Shown here piece by piece: positions 8,441-18,495 of a stretch of 43,678 nt of DNA. Below the pieces are notes generated by a model. It searched no databases, was not told the origin of the DNA, and saw only the letters and a program-made list of their open reading frames with translations. The translations under genes and the position numbers were made by a program. Location of the stretch: the sequence record DRR378314_949; one strand, given 5' to 3'. Positions within the stretch are counted from its first letter, which is position 1, and each line of letters begins with the position of its first letter.

Positions 8441-11074
8441 CTATTTTCTCAGTAGTTCTTTCAATTCGTACAGTCGGTTAAGGGCATCCCGCGGAGTCAG
8501 CCCGTCCACATCCAGATCGGCAAGGCATTCTTCCACTTTGCTGGGCTCCAGGCTGGCAAACATGTCTGCCTGCATAACCGGCTCGCTAACGCGAACGGCG
8601 CAAGGCTGTTTCTCGGGCTCAGCCGCCACCATGGCCGTATCGTCGGCAATCGGCCTGGCCGGCGAAGCACCGCCCTCAAGATGAGACAACTGCTCCTTGG
8701 CGTTGCGAATCACATCCTGGGGCACGCCTGCCAGCTTCGCGACCTGCAAACCATAGCTCTGGCTGGCGGGGCCGTCGTGAACGTTGTGCAGGAAAACGAT
8801 GGTGTCGTCGTGCTCTGTGGCGGTCAGGTGAACATTGACGGCATGCTCGAGCTCGTCGGCCAGTTGCGTGAGCTCGAAATAGTGGGTCGCAAACAACGTG
8901 TAGCAGCGAATGTGCTTGGCCAGGTGTTCCGCCGTGGCCCAGGCCAGGGAGAGGCCGTCGAAGGTGCTGGTGCCGCGCCCCACCTCGTCCATCAGGACCA
9001 GGCTGTATTCCGTGGCATTGTGGAGGATGTTGGCGGTTTCAGTCATCTCAACCATGAAGGTGGAGCGACCGCCGGCGATGTCGTCTGACGACCCCATGCG
9101 TGTGAAAATGCGATCCAGGGGCCCGATGACCACGCGGTTGGCGGGCACGTAGCTGCCGGTGTAGGCCAGCAGAGCAATCAGGGCCGCCTGCCGCATGTAG
9201 GTGGACTTACCGCCCATGTTGGGGCCGGTGATTACCAGCATGCGCCGTTGCTGGTCCATCAGCAGATCATTGGGTACGTAGGGATCGCTCAGCAGTTGTT
9301 CCACCACCGGGTGGCGACCTTCCTCTATATCGAAGCCGGGTGTGTCGCTGAACTCCGGGGCGTTGAAACGCAGGCTGGTGGCCCGCTCGGCAAAGTTGCT
9401 GAGCACATCCAATTCCGCCAGGGCCTGGGCAGCGTCCTGCAGGGGCGCCAGTTCGGCGGCGACGGTTTCCAACACCTCGTCGTACAGGGCTTTTTCACGT
9501 GCCAGGGAGCGGCTCTTGGCACTCAGGGCCTTGTCTTCGAATTCTTTCAGTTCCGGGGTGATAAACCGTTCGGCGTTTTTCAGGGTCTGGCGGCGGATGT
9601 AATCCACCGGGGCCTGCCCGGACTGGGCTCGGGTGATTTCAATGTAGTAGCCGTGTACCCGGTTATAACCGACTTTCAATGTACTGATCCCGGTACGCTC
9701 GCGCTCACGAGTCTCGACGTCCAGCAGGAACTGGCCGGCGTTCTCGCTGATGTTGCGTAACTCGTCCAGCTCTTCGTCAAAGCCTTCGCGGATAACGCCG
9801 CCATCCCGGATGACCACCGGGGGGTTGTCGATGATGGCCCGTTCCAGCAAGTCCGCCAGTTCCGGGTACTCGCTGATGGTGGTAGCGAGTTTTACGACAT
9901 GGTGGGAGTTGACCGGCGTCAGCGCCTTCTGAAGATCCGGCAGGGTCATGAAGGCATCCCTCAGGCGTGCCAGATCCCTCGGGCGCGCTGAACGCAGCGC
10001 CACACGGGCCAGGATCCGCTCGATATCACCGATGCTTTTCAGCAGGTCGTGAACCGGCTCGTAATGGAAGCCGTCCAGCAGCGCCGAAACCGCCTGCTGG
10101 CGTTGCTCAACCACGGTTACATCCCGCAGTGGCCGGTTCAGCCAGCGCCGGAGCTGGCGCCCGCCCATGGCAGTGGCGGTGCGGTCCATCACCCAGGCCA
10201 GGGTGTGCTGGGTTCCGCCCATCAGGTTAGTGTCGATTTCCAGGTTCCGGCGGCTGGTGGCGTCCAGGATCACCGCCTCTTCGCGCCGCTCGCGGCTCAA
10301 TTTGCGAATGTGAGGCAGGGCGGTGCGCTGGGTTTCCTTTGCGTACTGCAGCAGGCATCCGGCGGCGCAGATTGCCAGCGTGAGATCTTCGCATCCAAAG
10401 CCGGTCAGGTCGCGGACCTGCAGCTGCTGGGTAATCACCCGGCGTGCGGTGTCGGACTCAAACAGCCACGGGCCCTGTCGCCGAATGCCGGTATAGCCGT
10501 CCAATACATCCTGATAGGGGAAGTCCTCACTGATGAGTATTTCCGCGGGTCGCAGGCGCTGAAGCTCCCCTTGAAGACCTTCCAGGTCGTCCAGTTCAGA
10601 CACGGTAAAACGTCCGCTGGAGATGTCCAGAGAGGCGAAACCGAACTGCTCCCGGTGGCTGTAGATGGCCACCAGTAGGTTGTCCCGGCGGTCTTCCAGA
10701 AACGCGTCGTCGCTCAGCGTGCCCGGCGTCACAATGCGCACCACCTTGCGCTCAACCGGGCCTTTGCTGGTCGCCGGGTCGCCAATCTGCTCGCAAATGG
10801 CGATGGATTGACCAGCACGAACCAGACGTGCAATGTAACCCTCAGCGGAATGGTACGGAATGCCCGCCATGGGAATCGGGCTGCCACCGGACTGCCCACG
10901 GGCCGTCAGGGTGATGTCCATCAGCTCGGCGGCTTTTTTGGCATCCTCGTAGAACAGTTCGTAAAAGTCCCCCATGCGGTAGAACACCAGCTCATTGGGG
11001 TGTTCGCCCTTGATCTTGAGGTATTGCCTCATCATTGGGGTGTGGTGGGACAGATCGGTCTGGGCTGCTGACAT
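8441..11074 (-). CDS. mutS: DNA mismatch repair protein MutS
   Basis: [19 protein letters not shown], Walker [32 protein letters not shown]; alternative start at 11092. Confidence 0.98.
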   Translation of the reverse strand: MSAAQTDLSHHTPMMRQYLKIKGEHPNELVFYRMGDFYELFYEDAKKAAELMDITLTARGQSGGSPIPMAGIPYHSAEGYIARLVRAGQSIAICEQIGDPATSKGPVERKVVRIVTPGTLSDDAFLEDRRDNLLVAIYSHREQFGFASLDISSGRFTVSELDDLEGLQGELQRLRPAEILISEDFPYQDVLDGYTGIRRQGPWLFESDTARRVITQQLQVRDLTGFGCEDLTLAICAAGCLLQYAKETQRTALPHIRKLSRERREEAVILDATSRRNLEIDTNLMGGTQHTLAWVMDRTATAMGGRQLRRWLNRPLRDVTVVEQRQQAVSALLDGFHYEPVHDLLKSIGDIERILARVALRSARPRDLARLRDAFMTLPDLQKALTPVNSHHVVKLATTISEYPELADLLERAIIDNPPVVIRDGGVIREGFDEELDELRNISENAGQFLLDVETRERERTGISTLKVGYNRVHGYYIEITRAQSGQAPVDYIRRQTLKNAERFITPELKEFEDKALSAKSRSLAREKALYDEVLETVAAELAPLQDAAQALAELDVLSNFAERATSLRFNAPEFSDTPGFDIEEGRHPVVEQLLSDPYVPNDLLMDQQRRMLVITGPNMGGKSTYMRQAALIALLAYTGSYVPANRVVIGPLDRIFTRMGSSDDIAGGRSTFMVEMTETANILHNATEYSLVLMDEVGRGTSTFDGLSLAWATAEHLAKHIRCYTLFATHYFELTQLADELEHAVNVHLTATEHDDTIVFLHNVHDGPASQSYGLQVAKLAGVPQDVIRNAKEQLSHLEGGASPARPIADDTAMVAAEPEKQPCAVRVSEPVMQADMFASLEPSKVEECLADLDVDGLTPRDALNRLYELKELLRK

Positions 11075-11156
11075 GAACGGTTCCGGATCCATTGGCTTTA
11101 TATGAAGGCAGGGATTGTAAGAAAATAACCGCCATGATGAAACGAAGGAGATCATT

Positions 11157-11657
11157 ATGCCACTGACCGATGAGGCATTGGCGGAAGCAGGCACCCAATT
11201 GGCCGAGGTGTTGACGCAACGCGAGCTCACGATTGCCACCGCCGAAAGCTGCACGGGCGGATGGGTCGCCAAGGTGCTGACGGATCGTGCGGGCTCTTCC
11301 TCCTACGTTCTGGCGGGACTGGTGACCTACAGCAACGATGCAAAAAAAGCCTTGCTGGGTGTGACGGAACCCTCCCTTGGAGAGCACGGTGCGGTCAGCG
11401 AACCGGTTGTGCGTGAAATGGTTGCCGGTGCACTGGCGGCCACGGGTGCGGACGTGGCTGTGGCGATCAGCGGCGTGGCGGGCCCTGGCGGCGGCAGTGA
11501 GGACAAGCCGGTGGGCACCGTCTGGTTTGCCTGGGGCCGTTCTCCAGCCGACACCGAAGCCGTGGTGGAATGCTTCCAGGGTGACCGGGATCAGGTTAGG
11601 CGTCAGGCGGTTCTTTATGTGTTACAGGGGGTTAGGGGGTTTCTGCAAAACGTCTGA
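11157..11657 (+). CDS. pncC: CinA C-terminal domain / NMN deamidase
   Basis: [23 protein letters not shown]...KPVGTVW; AAGGAG RBS; upstream of recA. Confidence 0.93.
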   Translation: MPLTDEALAEAGTQLAEVLTQRELTIATAESCTGGWVAKVLTDRAGSSSYVLAGLVTYSNDAKKALLGVTEPSLGEHGAVSEPVVREMVAGALAATGADVAVAISGVAGPGGGSEDKPVGTVWFAWGRSPADTEAVVECFQGDRDQVRRQAVLYVLQGVRGFLQNV

Positions 11658-11695
11658 AATGGAGGGGTTGGTCTTGCCCCCGTGTTGTGTTTTAA

Positions 11696-11715
11696 TACTG
11701 TTCAAATATACAGGA
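11696..11715 (+). promoter_or_regulatory. LexA (SOS) box of recA
   Basis: TACTG-TTCAAATATA-CAGGA, i.e. CTG-N10-CAG, ~90 bp upstream of recA. Confidence 0.9.
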
Positions 11716-11803
11716 GTCCGGTTTTTCCGGGTTCCGCAGTCCATGATTTTGGCCGCCGGGCTACCGTCCCGATAACGGCATTGGCGACAGAGGGTTTGCA
11801 ACG

Positions 11804-12853
11804 ATGGAAGACAACCGCAAAAAAGCACTGGGTGCAGCACTGAGCCAGATCGAACGCCAGTTCGGCAAGGGCGCCGTCATGAAGATGGGCGACCAGCCCA
11901 GGGAAGCGATCCCTGCGGTGTCCACCGGCTCCCTCGGCCTGGATGTGGCGCTGGGGATAGGTGGTCTGCCTTATGGTCGTATTTGTGAGATCTATGGCCC
12001 GGAAAGCTCCGGTAAAACCACGCTGACCCTGCAGGTGATCGCCGAGGCCCAAAAAGCTGGTAAAACCTGTGCATTCGTGGATGCGGAGCATGCCCTGGAC
12101 CCGGTCTACGCCGAAAAACTGGGTGTGAACGTGGATGAGCTCCTGGTGTCCCAGCCGGACACCGGTGAGCAGGCGCTGGAAATCTCTGACATGCTGGTGC
12201 GTTCCAACGCCGTTGACGTCATCATCGTTGATTCCGTGGCGGCACTGACGCCCAAGGCTGAAATTGAAGGCGAGATGGGTGACAGCCACGTTGGTCTCCA
12301 GGCCCGCCTGATGTCCCAGGCGTTGCGTAAGCTGACGGGTAACGTCAAGCACGCCAACTGCCTGCTGATCTTTATCAACCAGATCCGTATGAAAATTGGT
12401 GTGATGTTCGGCAGCCCTGAAACCACCACCGGCGGCAACGCCCTGAAATTCTACTCATCCGTTCGCCTGGACATTCGCCGCATCGGTGCCGTTAAAGACG
12501 GCGATGAAGTGGTGGGCAACGAAACCCGAGTGAAAGTGGTCAAGAACAAGGTATCTCCGCCGTTCAAGCAGGCCGAGTTCCAGATCATGTACGGCAAGGG
12601 CATCTACCACATGGCCGAAGTGCTCGATATGGGCGTGAAGGAAGGCTTTGTCGACAAGTCCGGCGCCTGGTACGCCTACAAGGGCGACAAGATCGGCCAG
12701 GGCAAGGCTAATGCCTGCAAGTTCCTGGAAGAGAACCTGGAAATCGCCAACGAAATCGAAACGGCGGTGCGTGACAAGCTGATGCCCAAGCCGGCGCCAA
12801 AAAATGCAGAGGCCGAGCAGGCTCCGACTGAGACCAACGAAGAACTACTGTAA
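11804..12853 (+). CDS. recA: Recombinase RecA
   Basis: [54 protein letters not shown]. Confidence 0.99.
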   Translation: MEDNRKKALGAALSQIERQFGKGAVMKMGDQPREAIPAVSTGSLGLDVALGIGGLPYGRICEIYGPESSGKTTLTLQVIAEAQKAGKTCAFVDAEHALDPVYAEKLGVNVDELLVSQPDTGEQALEISDMLVRSNAVDVIIVDSVAALTPKAEIEGEMGDSHVGLQARLMSQALRKLTGNVKHANCLLIFINQIRMKIGVMFGSPETTTGGNALKFYSSVRLDIRRIGAVKDGDEVVGNETRVKVVKNKVSPPFKQAEFQIMYGKGIYHMAEVLDMGVKEGFVDKSGAWYAYKGDKIGQGKANACKFLEENLEIANEIETAVRDKLMPKPAPKNAEAEQAPTETNEELL

Positions 12854-12865
12854 TCTCACTGCATT

Positions 12866-12919
12866 CCTTCCATCAACTTCACGAACCTGACGTTGATGGA
12901 AGGGGCCCCCCTTCCTTTT
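12866..12919 (+). terminator. recA terminator with overlapping alternative hairpin
   Basis: GGAAGGGG-CC-CCCCTTCC-TTTT (12898-12919); competing 12-bp IR CCTTCCATCAAC/GTTGATGGAAGG (12866-12903). Confidence 0.7.
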
Positions 12920-13084
12920 GCTGCACACTTCTAAAACGATGCTAGACTTACCGCTGGCGGAAACCCCACTCATGCGTCACATCAGCCTTACGGCATAGTA
13001 ATAACGGAATTCCTCAATCAGTGCATTCTTCACTGTTGGGACTTCGCGAAGTACGCAGGCACCTCTGTTGGAAAGGAACGCATC

Positions 13085-13101
13085 GGCAGGAAACCTGCCA
13101 A
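13085..13101 (-). promoter_or_regulatory. Possible sigma54 -24/-12 element divergent from the luxO-like gene
   Basis: Minus strand TTGGCAGGTTTCCTGC (GG-N10-GC); the site is also a palindrome GGCAGG-AAA-CCTGCC. Confidence 0.35.
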
Positions 13102-13317
13102 TGATAATTGTCGTCTTCATTAATGAGATAAAAAACGCCTCGAAGGGCTCGAAAAAGCCGAAGCGGCCAGTCACTCCAATGCCTGCTCTGATGGCGCTGC
13201 CATTACCAGAGTGGGGCAGATGGCAGAGGAGACGCTGGTCGCATATTTTGGCTATTGTTATCATGTCCAGGCATCTTGAACAACAGTGGTTGGATTCATC
13301 CAATAAGAGAAGTGATT

Positions 13318-14775
13318 ATGCTGAGTGATACTCGTCCACGCGTGCTTTTGGTGGAGGACTGCCCATTTAGCGCAATGGCCTATCAAATTTTTCTGCAGAG
13401 TGACTATGCTGTTCGATTTACCCATACCGGCTCGGAAGCTCTGGAGCAGCTAGCCCAGCATAACTTTGATGTGGTTATCACCGACGTCATGTTACCGGAC
13501 ATGAGCGGTCTGAGCGTTCTTGATAAGATTCAGGCTGAGATGCCTTCACTGCCGGTCATCGTAATCACCGCTCATGGTTCCGTTGATATGGTGGTTGACG
13601 CCATGCAGCGCGGTGCCAGCGACTTTATTTCCAAGCCGTTCGACGAGGCACGTCTCGAGGTCACGCTCAAAAACATCCTAGAAAAGCATAAGCTCGAAGA
13701 AGTTGTTCACCAGTACGAGAACGTCTACAGGCGTGACCATTTTCATCGGATGATCGGTGCCTCACTGCCCATGCAGAATGTTTACCGTATCGTCGAAAGC
13801 GCAGGGAAGAGCAATGCGTCGGTTTTTGTCACCGGTGAGAGCGGCACCGGCAAGGAATTGTGCTCAGAGGCTCTGCACGCGGAGAGCCCTCGGGCCAACG
13901 CACCTTTTATTGCTTTGAATTGTGCCGCAATTCCCCGTGATCTCATTGAAAGCGAAATATTTGGCCACGTGAAAGGCGCATTCACCGGGGCGTCGGCAGC
14001 TAGAGACGGTGCTGCTCTGCGAGCGTCTGGAGGTACACTTTTCCTGGACGAAATTGGAGAAATGCCGCTGGATCTTCAAAGCAAATTCTTAAGGCTGATC
14101 CAGTCGGGAACCTTTACGCCAGTGGGGGACAGTAAAGAGCTGAAAGTTGATATTCGCTTTATTTGCACTACGAACCGGGATCCGCTCCGTGAAGTGAAGG
14201 AGGGTCGTTTTCGTGAAGACCTGTACTACCGATTGCACGTAATTCCTGTTCATATGCCTCCATTGCGAGATCGTGGACGCGACATAATGCTGATCGCTCA
14301 GTCGTTGTTAAAACAATATGCAGAAGACGAGAAGAAGGATTTTCGAGGTTTCAGCAAGGATGTTGAGAAAGTCTTCATGCAGTATGACTGGCCCGGTAAC
14401 GTCCGGGAACTGAGCAATGTGGTCAGGAATGTGGTGGTTTTGAATGAGGGCAGTGTCGTTGACATGTCGATGCTGCCTAATCTGATTCAGTCTCAGAAGT
14501 CAAAGAGCAGCAGGGCATGGGCGCTTGGGAATAACCCTCCGGATTTTGGAAAAGTCGCTCTAGTACCCCGAACCGAAGGCGGTCTCGGTGAAGTTGCTGC
14601 TGCCATTCAGTCCAATTCAGGTAAACAGGAAATCCTCCCGTTCTGGGTTGAGGAGAAGCGCATCATCGAATCCGCCATTGAAAAGTGCGATGGCAATGTG
14701 CCGCGGGCTGCTGCCTTTCTGGAACTTGGTGTCTCAACCATTTATCGCAAGAAGCAGCAGTGGGATAAAGCGTAA
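13318..14775 (+). CDS. Sigma54-dependent response regulator, LuxO-like (REC-AAA+-Fis HTH)
   Basis: REC 'VLLVED...ITDVMLPDMSG...KPF'; GESGTGKE, FGHVKGAFTGA, FLDEIGEM, FREDLYYRL, WPGNVREL; LuxO-like C-terminus 'ILPFWVEEKRIIESAIEKCDGNVPRAAAFLELGVSTIYRK'. Confidence 0.93.
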   Translation: MLSDTRPRVLLVEDCPFSAMAYQIFLQSDYAVRFTHTGSEALEQLAQHNFDVVITDVMLPDMSGLSVLDKIQAEMPSLPVIVITAHGSVDMVVDAMQRGASDFISKPFDEARLEVTLKNILEKHKLEEVVHQYENVYRRDHFHRMIGASLPMQNVYRIVESAGKSNASVFVTGESGTGKELCSEALHAESPRANAPFIALNCAAIPRDLIESEIFGHVKGAFTGASAARDGAALRASGGTLFLDEIGEMPLDLQSKFLRLIQSGTFTPVGDSKELKVDIRFICTTNRDPLREVKEGRFREDLYYRLHVIPVHMPPLRDRGRDIMLIAQSLLKQYAEDEKKDFRGFSKDVEKVFMQYDWPGNVRELSNVVRNVVVLNEGSVVDMSMLPNLIQSQKSKSSRAWALGNNPPDFGKVALVPRTEGGLGEVAAAIQSNSGKQEILPFWVEEKRIIESAIEKCDGNVPRAAAFLELGVSTIYRKKQQWDKA

Positions 14776-14797
14776 ATTGCCCGAGAGTCAATATGAA

Positions 14798-14887
14798 TCC
14801 CATTTTGGGAATGGCACAATTTGAAATTTTCGAAATGACTATAAGTAACTGAGAAATAAATAGAAAAAATTTGGCATGCTAAGTGCT
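14798..14887 (+). promoter_or_regulatory. Sigma54 promoter with putative enhancer and IHF-like site
   Basis: TTGGCATGCTAAGTGCT 14871-14887 (GG-N10-GC); palindrome TCCCA-TTT-TGGGA 14798-14810; AT-rich IHF-like tract 14842-14870. Confidence 0.75.
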
Positions 14888-14921
14888 TTCTCCGAGGAAA
14901 GACCCTTTATCGGAGATTGTA

Positions 14922-16499
14922 ATGCCGCTGAAACATTTTTTCGGAAACCTTGCCGTCGGTAAGAAACTCGCTGCCAGCTTCGCCATCCTCCTCATTCTTC
15001 TCATCATCGTATCCGCAGTTGGCTATTCGTCGCTTGATGCCTATCACCGCGGCGTTTCGATTGTGAAGCACGCCAACGCCGCTGAAATTGACTTGCTGGA
15101 GGCGGAAAGAGACGAAAAAAACTTTGCAATCACACAGGACTTAAAATACATCAAGCGTGCCATCGAGTTCGTTGCTCACGCTGAAAGTGCGCTGATGCCT
15201 CTGGTTGAGATGAATGAGGCAGGCAGTAAGGACCGGCAACTGGCAGACCAGATTCTTGAGGGTACAAGATCCTACGAGGCTCTTCTTAAAAAGTACGAAA
15301 CGGCCATCTCAGAACCAGCAGACATCGTCAGACCCCTTGAAGAAGAAATGTACGCTGTAGCGACCAGTACCATCGATTTGATGGAAGAGTTGAAATACGG
15401 TGAGCGGGCACAGTTGCAGGAAACATATGACCTCGCGGTCGCAGAAATCCTTATCGTGACCATCCTGGCCCTCCTTGTTGCTATCGTTCTTGCATGGATA
15501 TTGACCCGATCAATCACCCAACCAATCAATGAAGTGGTAGATATTGCCAACAAGGTTGCCTCAGGCGATTTGACCGTGAATGTCCAAAGCCAGCGCGGCG
15601 ATGAATTCGGCCAGTTGCTTGCCGCTTTTGCTACCATGACAACCAACCTCAGAGAGTTGATTCGCGAGATCGATACCGGGGCGTCCAGTATTGCCTCGTC
15701 GTCGGAAGAGCTTTCAACGGTAACCAACCAGACCAGTCAGGGCGTCGCAGAACAACAATCCCAGACCGACCAGGTGGCCACCGCCATGAATGAGATGGTT
15801 GCGACGGTCAATGATGTGGCCAAAAGTGCAGAAGCTGCTTTTGAGGCTGCCAATCACGCCAGCGAAAAATCCAGTAAAGGTGAAAAGGCGGTCCGGGAAA
15901 CTCTGGATCTCGTTGCAGAGCTGAACAAACAAAGCGTTAATGTGATGGAACAGCTCAACGGCCTGCAAGCGGAAACCAACAACATTACGACTGTGCTGGA
16001 CGTGATCAAGTCGGTTGCCGATCAGACCAACCTGCTGGCGTTGAATGCTGCTATAGAGGCCGCCCGTGCTGGCGAGCATGGGCGTGGCTTCTCGGTAGTG
16101 GCCGACGAAGTGCGGTCACTGGCTCAGCGTACCCAAAGTTCCGCTGCCGAGATTGAAACCCTGATCAGCAACCTGGTTAGCAGTGCGGAAACATCGGTTT
16201 CCAGCATGGAGACTGGCAACAAACTTTCGGAACAGACTCTTGAGAGAGCACAACTGGCCGGCACTGTTATTCAGGAAATGGCGCAAGGGGTTGAGGAAAT
16301 CCGTCAGCACAACAGTCAGATTGCAACGGCTGCTGAAGAGCAGAGCTCTGTGGCGGAAGAGATCAATCAGAATGTAACTCTGATTCGAGATGTGGGTGAT
16401 CAGTCTGCGGCTTCCACCGCTCAGGTCTCTTCTGCCAGCGAAGAGCTGGCGCGACTTGCCGAAGGCCTCAATACGCAAATTGCCCGTTTCAAGGTGTGA
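14922..16499 (+). CDS. Methyl-accepting chemotaxis protein (2 TM, HAMP, signalling domain)
   Basis: [38 protein letters not shown] 'GDLTV...RGDEFGQL'. Confidence 0.96.
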   Translation: MPLKHFFGNLAVGKKLAASFAILLILLIIVSAVGYSSLDAYHRGVSIVKHANAAEIDLLEAERDEKNFAITQDLKYIKRAIEFVAHAESALMPLVEMNEAGSKDRQLADQILEGTRSYEALLKKYETAISEPADIVRPLEEEMYAVATSTIDLMEELKYGERAQLQETYDLAVAEILIVTILALLVAIVLAWILTRSITQPINEVVDIANKVASGDLTVNVQSQRGDEFGQLLAAFATMTTNLRELIREIDTGASSIASSSEELSTVTNQTSQGVAEQQSQTDQVATAMNEMVATVNDVAKSAEAAFEAANHASEKSSKGEKAVRETLDLVAELNKQSVNVMEQLNGLQAETNNITTVLDVIKSVADQTNLLALNAAIEAARAGEHGRGFSVVADEVRSLAQRTQSSAAEIETLISNLVSSAETSVSSMETGNKLSEQTLERAQLAGTVIQEMAQGVEEIRQHNSQIATAAEEQSSVAEEINQNVTLIRDVGDQSAASTAQVSSASEELARLAEGLNTQIARFKV

Positions 16500-16518
16500 T
16501 CCGGAAGTTACTTGACAC

Positions 16519-16551
16519 AAAGGGTCCGGCCCTTAATCGGGCCGGGCCTTG
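16519..16551 (+). terminator. Stem-loop after the MCP gene
   Basis: GGTCCGGCCC-TTAATC-GGGCCGGGCC-TT; short T tail. Confidence 0.6.
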
Positions 16552-16665
16552 TCCAGAATAAGCTTGACTACTGCGAGGGAACTGGCGATCTCCGCCTCGA
16601 AGAGTTAGATGTTTGGTGATTTTTGTCTGAAAGCGATGGCTTACCAACTTTAGAGTTCAGGAATC

Positions 16666-18450
16666 ATGAAACCACTAGAGGACAATGCCCGCCTCAATGA
16701 GTTGTATTCTCTCAACATTCTGGACGCGCTCCCCGAAGAGCGCTTTGATCAACATACACGCCTAGCGTCAATAATGTTCGATGTTCCTGCCGTCTTCATT
16801 ACTTTTACTGATCATGGGCGTGTGTGGTTCAAATCCAAAAGTGGGACCGAAACGCTTGAAGTAAGGCGGACAGGCAGCCTATGGCAGCACATTCTCGGTA
16901 CCGGCTTTCTGGAGATCAAGGACATTTTTGAAGATGAATTCTTCCGAAATCATCCGGCAGTCAAAGGCTTGCCCCCAATACGTTTTTACGCGGCCTCGGC
17001 TCTGCACGGCCCGACTGGTCAGCCTGTTGGAACTCTGTGCTTGGTGGATTACGTACCACGGCACCTCAGTGAAAATGACCGCGCCCGACTTGAGGCACTT
17101 GCTCGACTTGTGGAATCAGAAATCGAACGCGACATGGCTCTAAAGGATGATTGGCAGACCTTTCGAGATTCGACTTTACGGGATTCGTTTACCGGCCTGC
17201 CTGGCCAAATGCTACTGGAGGAAAATCTGGATGGCCTCATAAGAATGGCGGAGGCTGAACAGAGCCAGTTGGCCGTCCTGCATTTGCATGTAGAGAACTT
17301 TGACGCAATCGCTAGCCTGAGTGGAGGTGCTGGTTGGAATAGCGTGGTGCAAACGTTTGTTGACCGACTTGTAATGCATAATGAACATATACTGGGTTCA
17401 GGAAGGATCGCGCCAGACCGCCTTGCTCTGATCGTGCCTGTTGAATCAAGAACATCGACGTTGGCAATGGCACACCGGATACTGAGCACACTGGCTGAAC
17501 CTATTCAGTTCGCAGATCGTGATTTGCGCCCCGAAATCGGTATCGGCATCAGTGTTTATCCTGTGGACGGCACTAGGGCACATCTTCTGATAGATCTGGC
17601 ACAGCGCGCCTGTGTGTTTTCCCCTTCGCAGATCGATTTCTATGATGCCAGCGGAGAGGCCAGTGCAACGCGTTGGTATCTGATTCAGGATCGCCTTGGA
17701 AAGGCCATAATGAATCATCGGCTTACCCTGAGTTATCAGCCAATCTGGTCTGCAGACGGCACTCGTGTAATAAAGTTTGAAGCATTGGCTCGCTGGCAGG
17801 ATGAGGAATTGGGTGTGGTCAGCCCTAGCGAATTTGTACCCGTAGCCGAGAAGCATGCCGGGCTTTCCCACCAGTTAACCTACTACGTATTGCGTATGGC
17901 CTGTTTGGAGGCGCGGACCTGGCAAACGGATCCCCGCCATGAGCCGGTTCCTGTCGCAGTCAATATTCCTGCCGCAGAGTTTTACCGGCCAGAGTTCGCA
18001 CAATCGGTCCTAAATCTGCTCCATGAGGTTGACCTTGAACCATCCCGATTAACGTTGGAATTGACCGAAGAAAGCCTGATCCAGAATATCGATCAAACCA
18101 TCCTTACGATGGCGGAGTTATCGAGCCAAGGCATCAAGTTGGCGCTTGACGATTTTGGAACTGGCTATTCGTCTCTGAATCATCTCATCCGATTGCCCGT
18201 GGATACCCTCAAAATCGACAAGAGTATCGTTGACCCGCTGCCTGGCCACAAAAAAGGCCTGGAGATAGTATCTGGCTTCATCCGAATAGCCCATGCCATG
18301 GAACTTACAGTTGTTGCGGAAGGCGTGGAGCACGAGGCCCAGCGCCAGCTGTTGGTAAAACTTGATTGCGACATGATTCAGGGATATTTGCTAGGCCGAC
18401 CTGTAACTGCGGACAAAGTACACGAATTACTGACGAGTACGATCACCTGA
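16666..18450 (+). CDS. GAF + degenerate GGDEF + EAL protein (probable c-di-GMP phosphodiesterase)
   Basis: GAF 'ILDALPEERFD...IRFYA...GTLCLVD'; GGDEF position reads APDRL; intact FEALARW, DDFGTGYSSL, LKIDKS, VAEGVE, QGYL. Confidence 0.9.
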   Translation: MKPLEDNARLNELYSLNILDALPEERFDQHTRLASIMFDVPAVFITFTDHGRVWFKSKSGTETLEVRRTGSLWQHILGTGFLEIKDIFEDEFFRNHPAVKGLPPIRFYAASALHGPTGQPVGTLCLVDYVPRHLSENDRARLEALARLVESEIERDMALKDDWQTFRDSTLRDSFTGLPGQMLLEENLDGLIRMAEAEQSQLAVLHLHVENFDAIASLSGGAGWNSVVQTFVDRLVMHNEHILGSGRIAPDRLALIVPVESRTSTLAMAHRILSTLAEPIQFADRDLRPEIGIGISVYPVDGTRAHLLIDLAQRACVFSPSQIDFYDASGEASATRWYLIQDRLGKAIMNHRLTLSYQPIWSADGTRVIKFEALARWQDEELGVVSPSEFVPVAEKHAGLSHQLTYYVLRMACLEARTWQTDPRHEPVPVAVNIPAAEFYRPEFAQSVLNLLHEVDLEPSRLTLELTEESLIQNIDQTILTMAELSSQGIKLALDDFGTGYSSLNHLIRLPVDTLKIDKSIVDPLPGHKKGLEIVSGFIRIAHAMELTVVAEGVEHEAQRQLLVKLDCDMIQGYLLGRPVTADKVHELLTSTIT

Positions 18451-18495
18451 AGGAACCTTCTTGGGAAATGTATCTAAAAAAGGGGTGGAAAAAAA

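Noticed and set aside
11075-11156. Tailocin/prophage insertion at the mutS-cinA hotspot known from Pseudomonas
   Set aside because: The genes are directly adjacent; there is no insert
12885-12897. CTGACGTTG similarity to the Qrr sRNA core
   Set aside because: Only 9 nt, wrong orientation for a divergent Qrr, and flanking conserved sequence is absent
12977-13328. ORFs 12977-13303 (-) and 13068-13328 (+) as luxU or other genes
   Set aside because: No Hpt histidine motif, non-ATG starts, atypical composition
14812-14826. TGGCACAATTTGAAA as a second sigma54 promoter
   Set aside because: Lacks GC at -12
16511-16522. CTTGACACAAAG shared with the reverse complement of 40027-40038 as possible element ends
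   Set aside because: 12-bp match built on a TTGACA hexamer; no extension or target duplication
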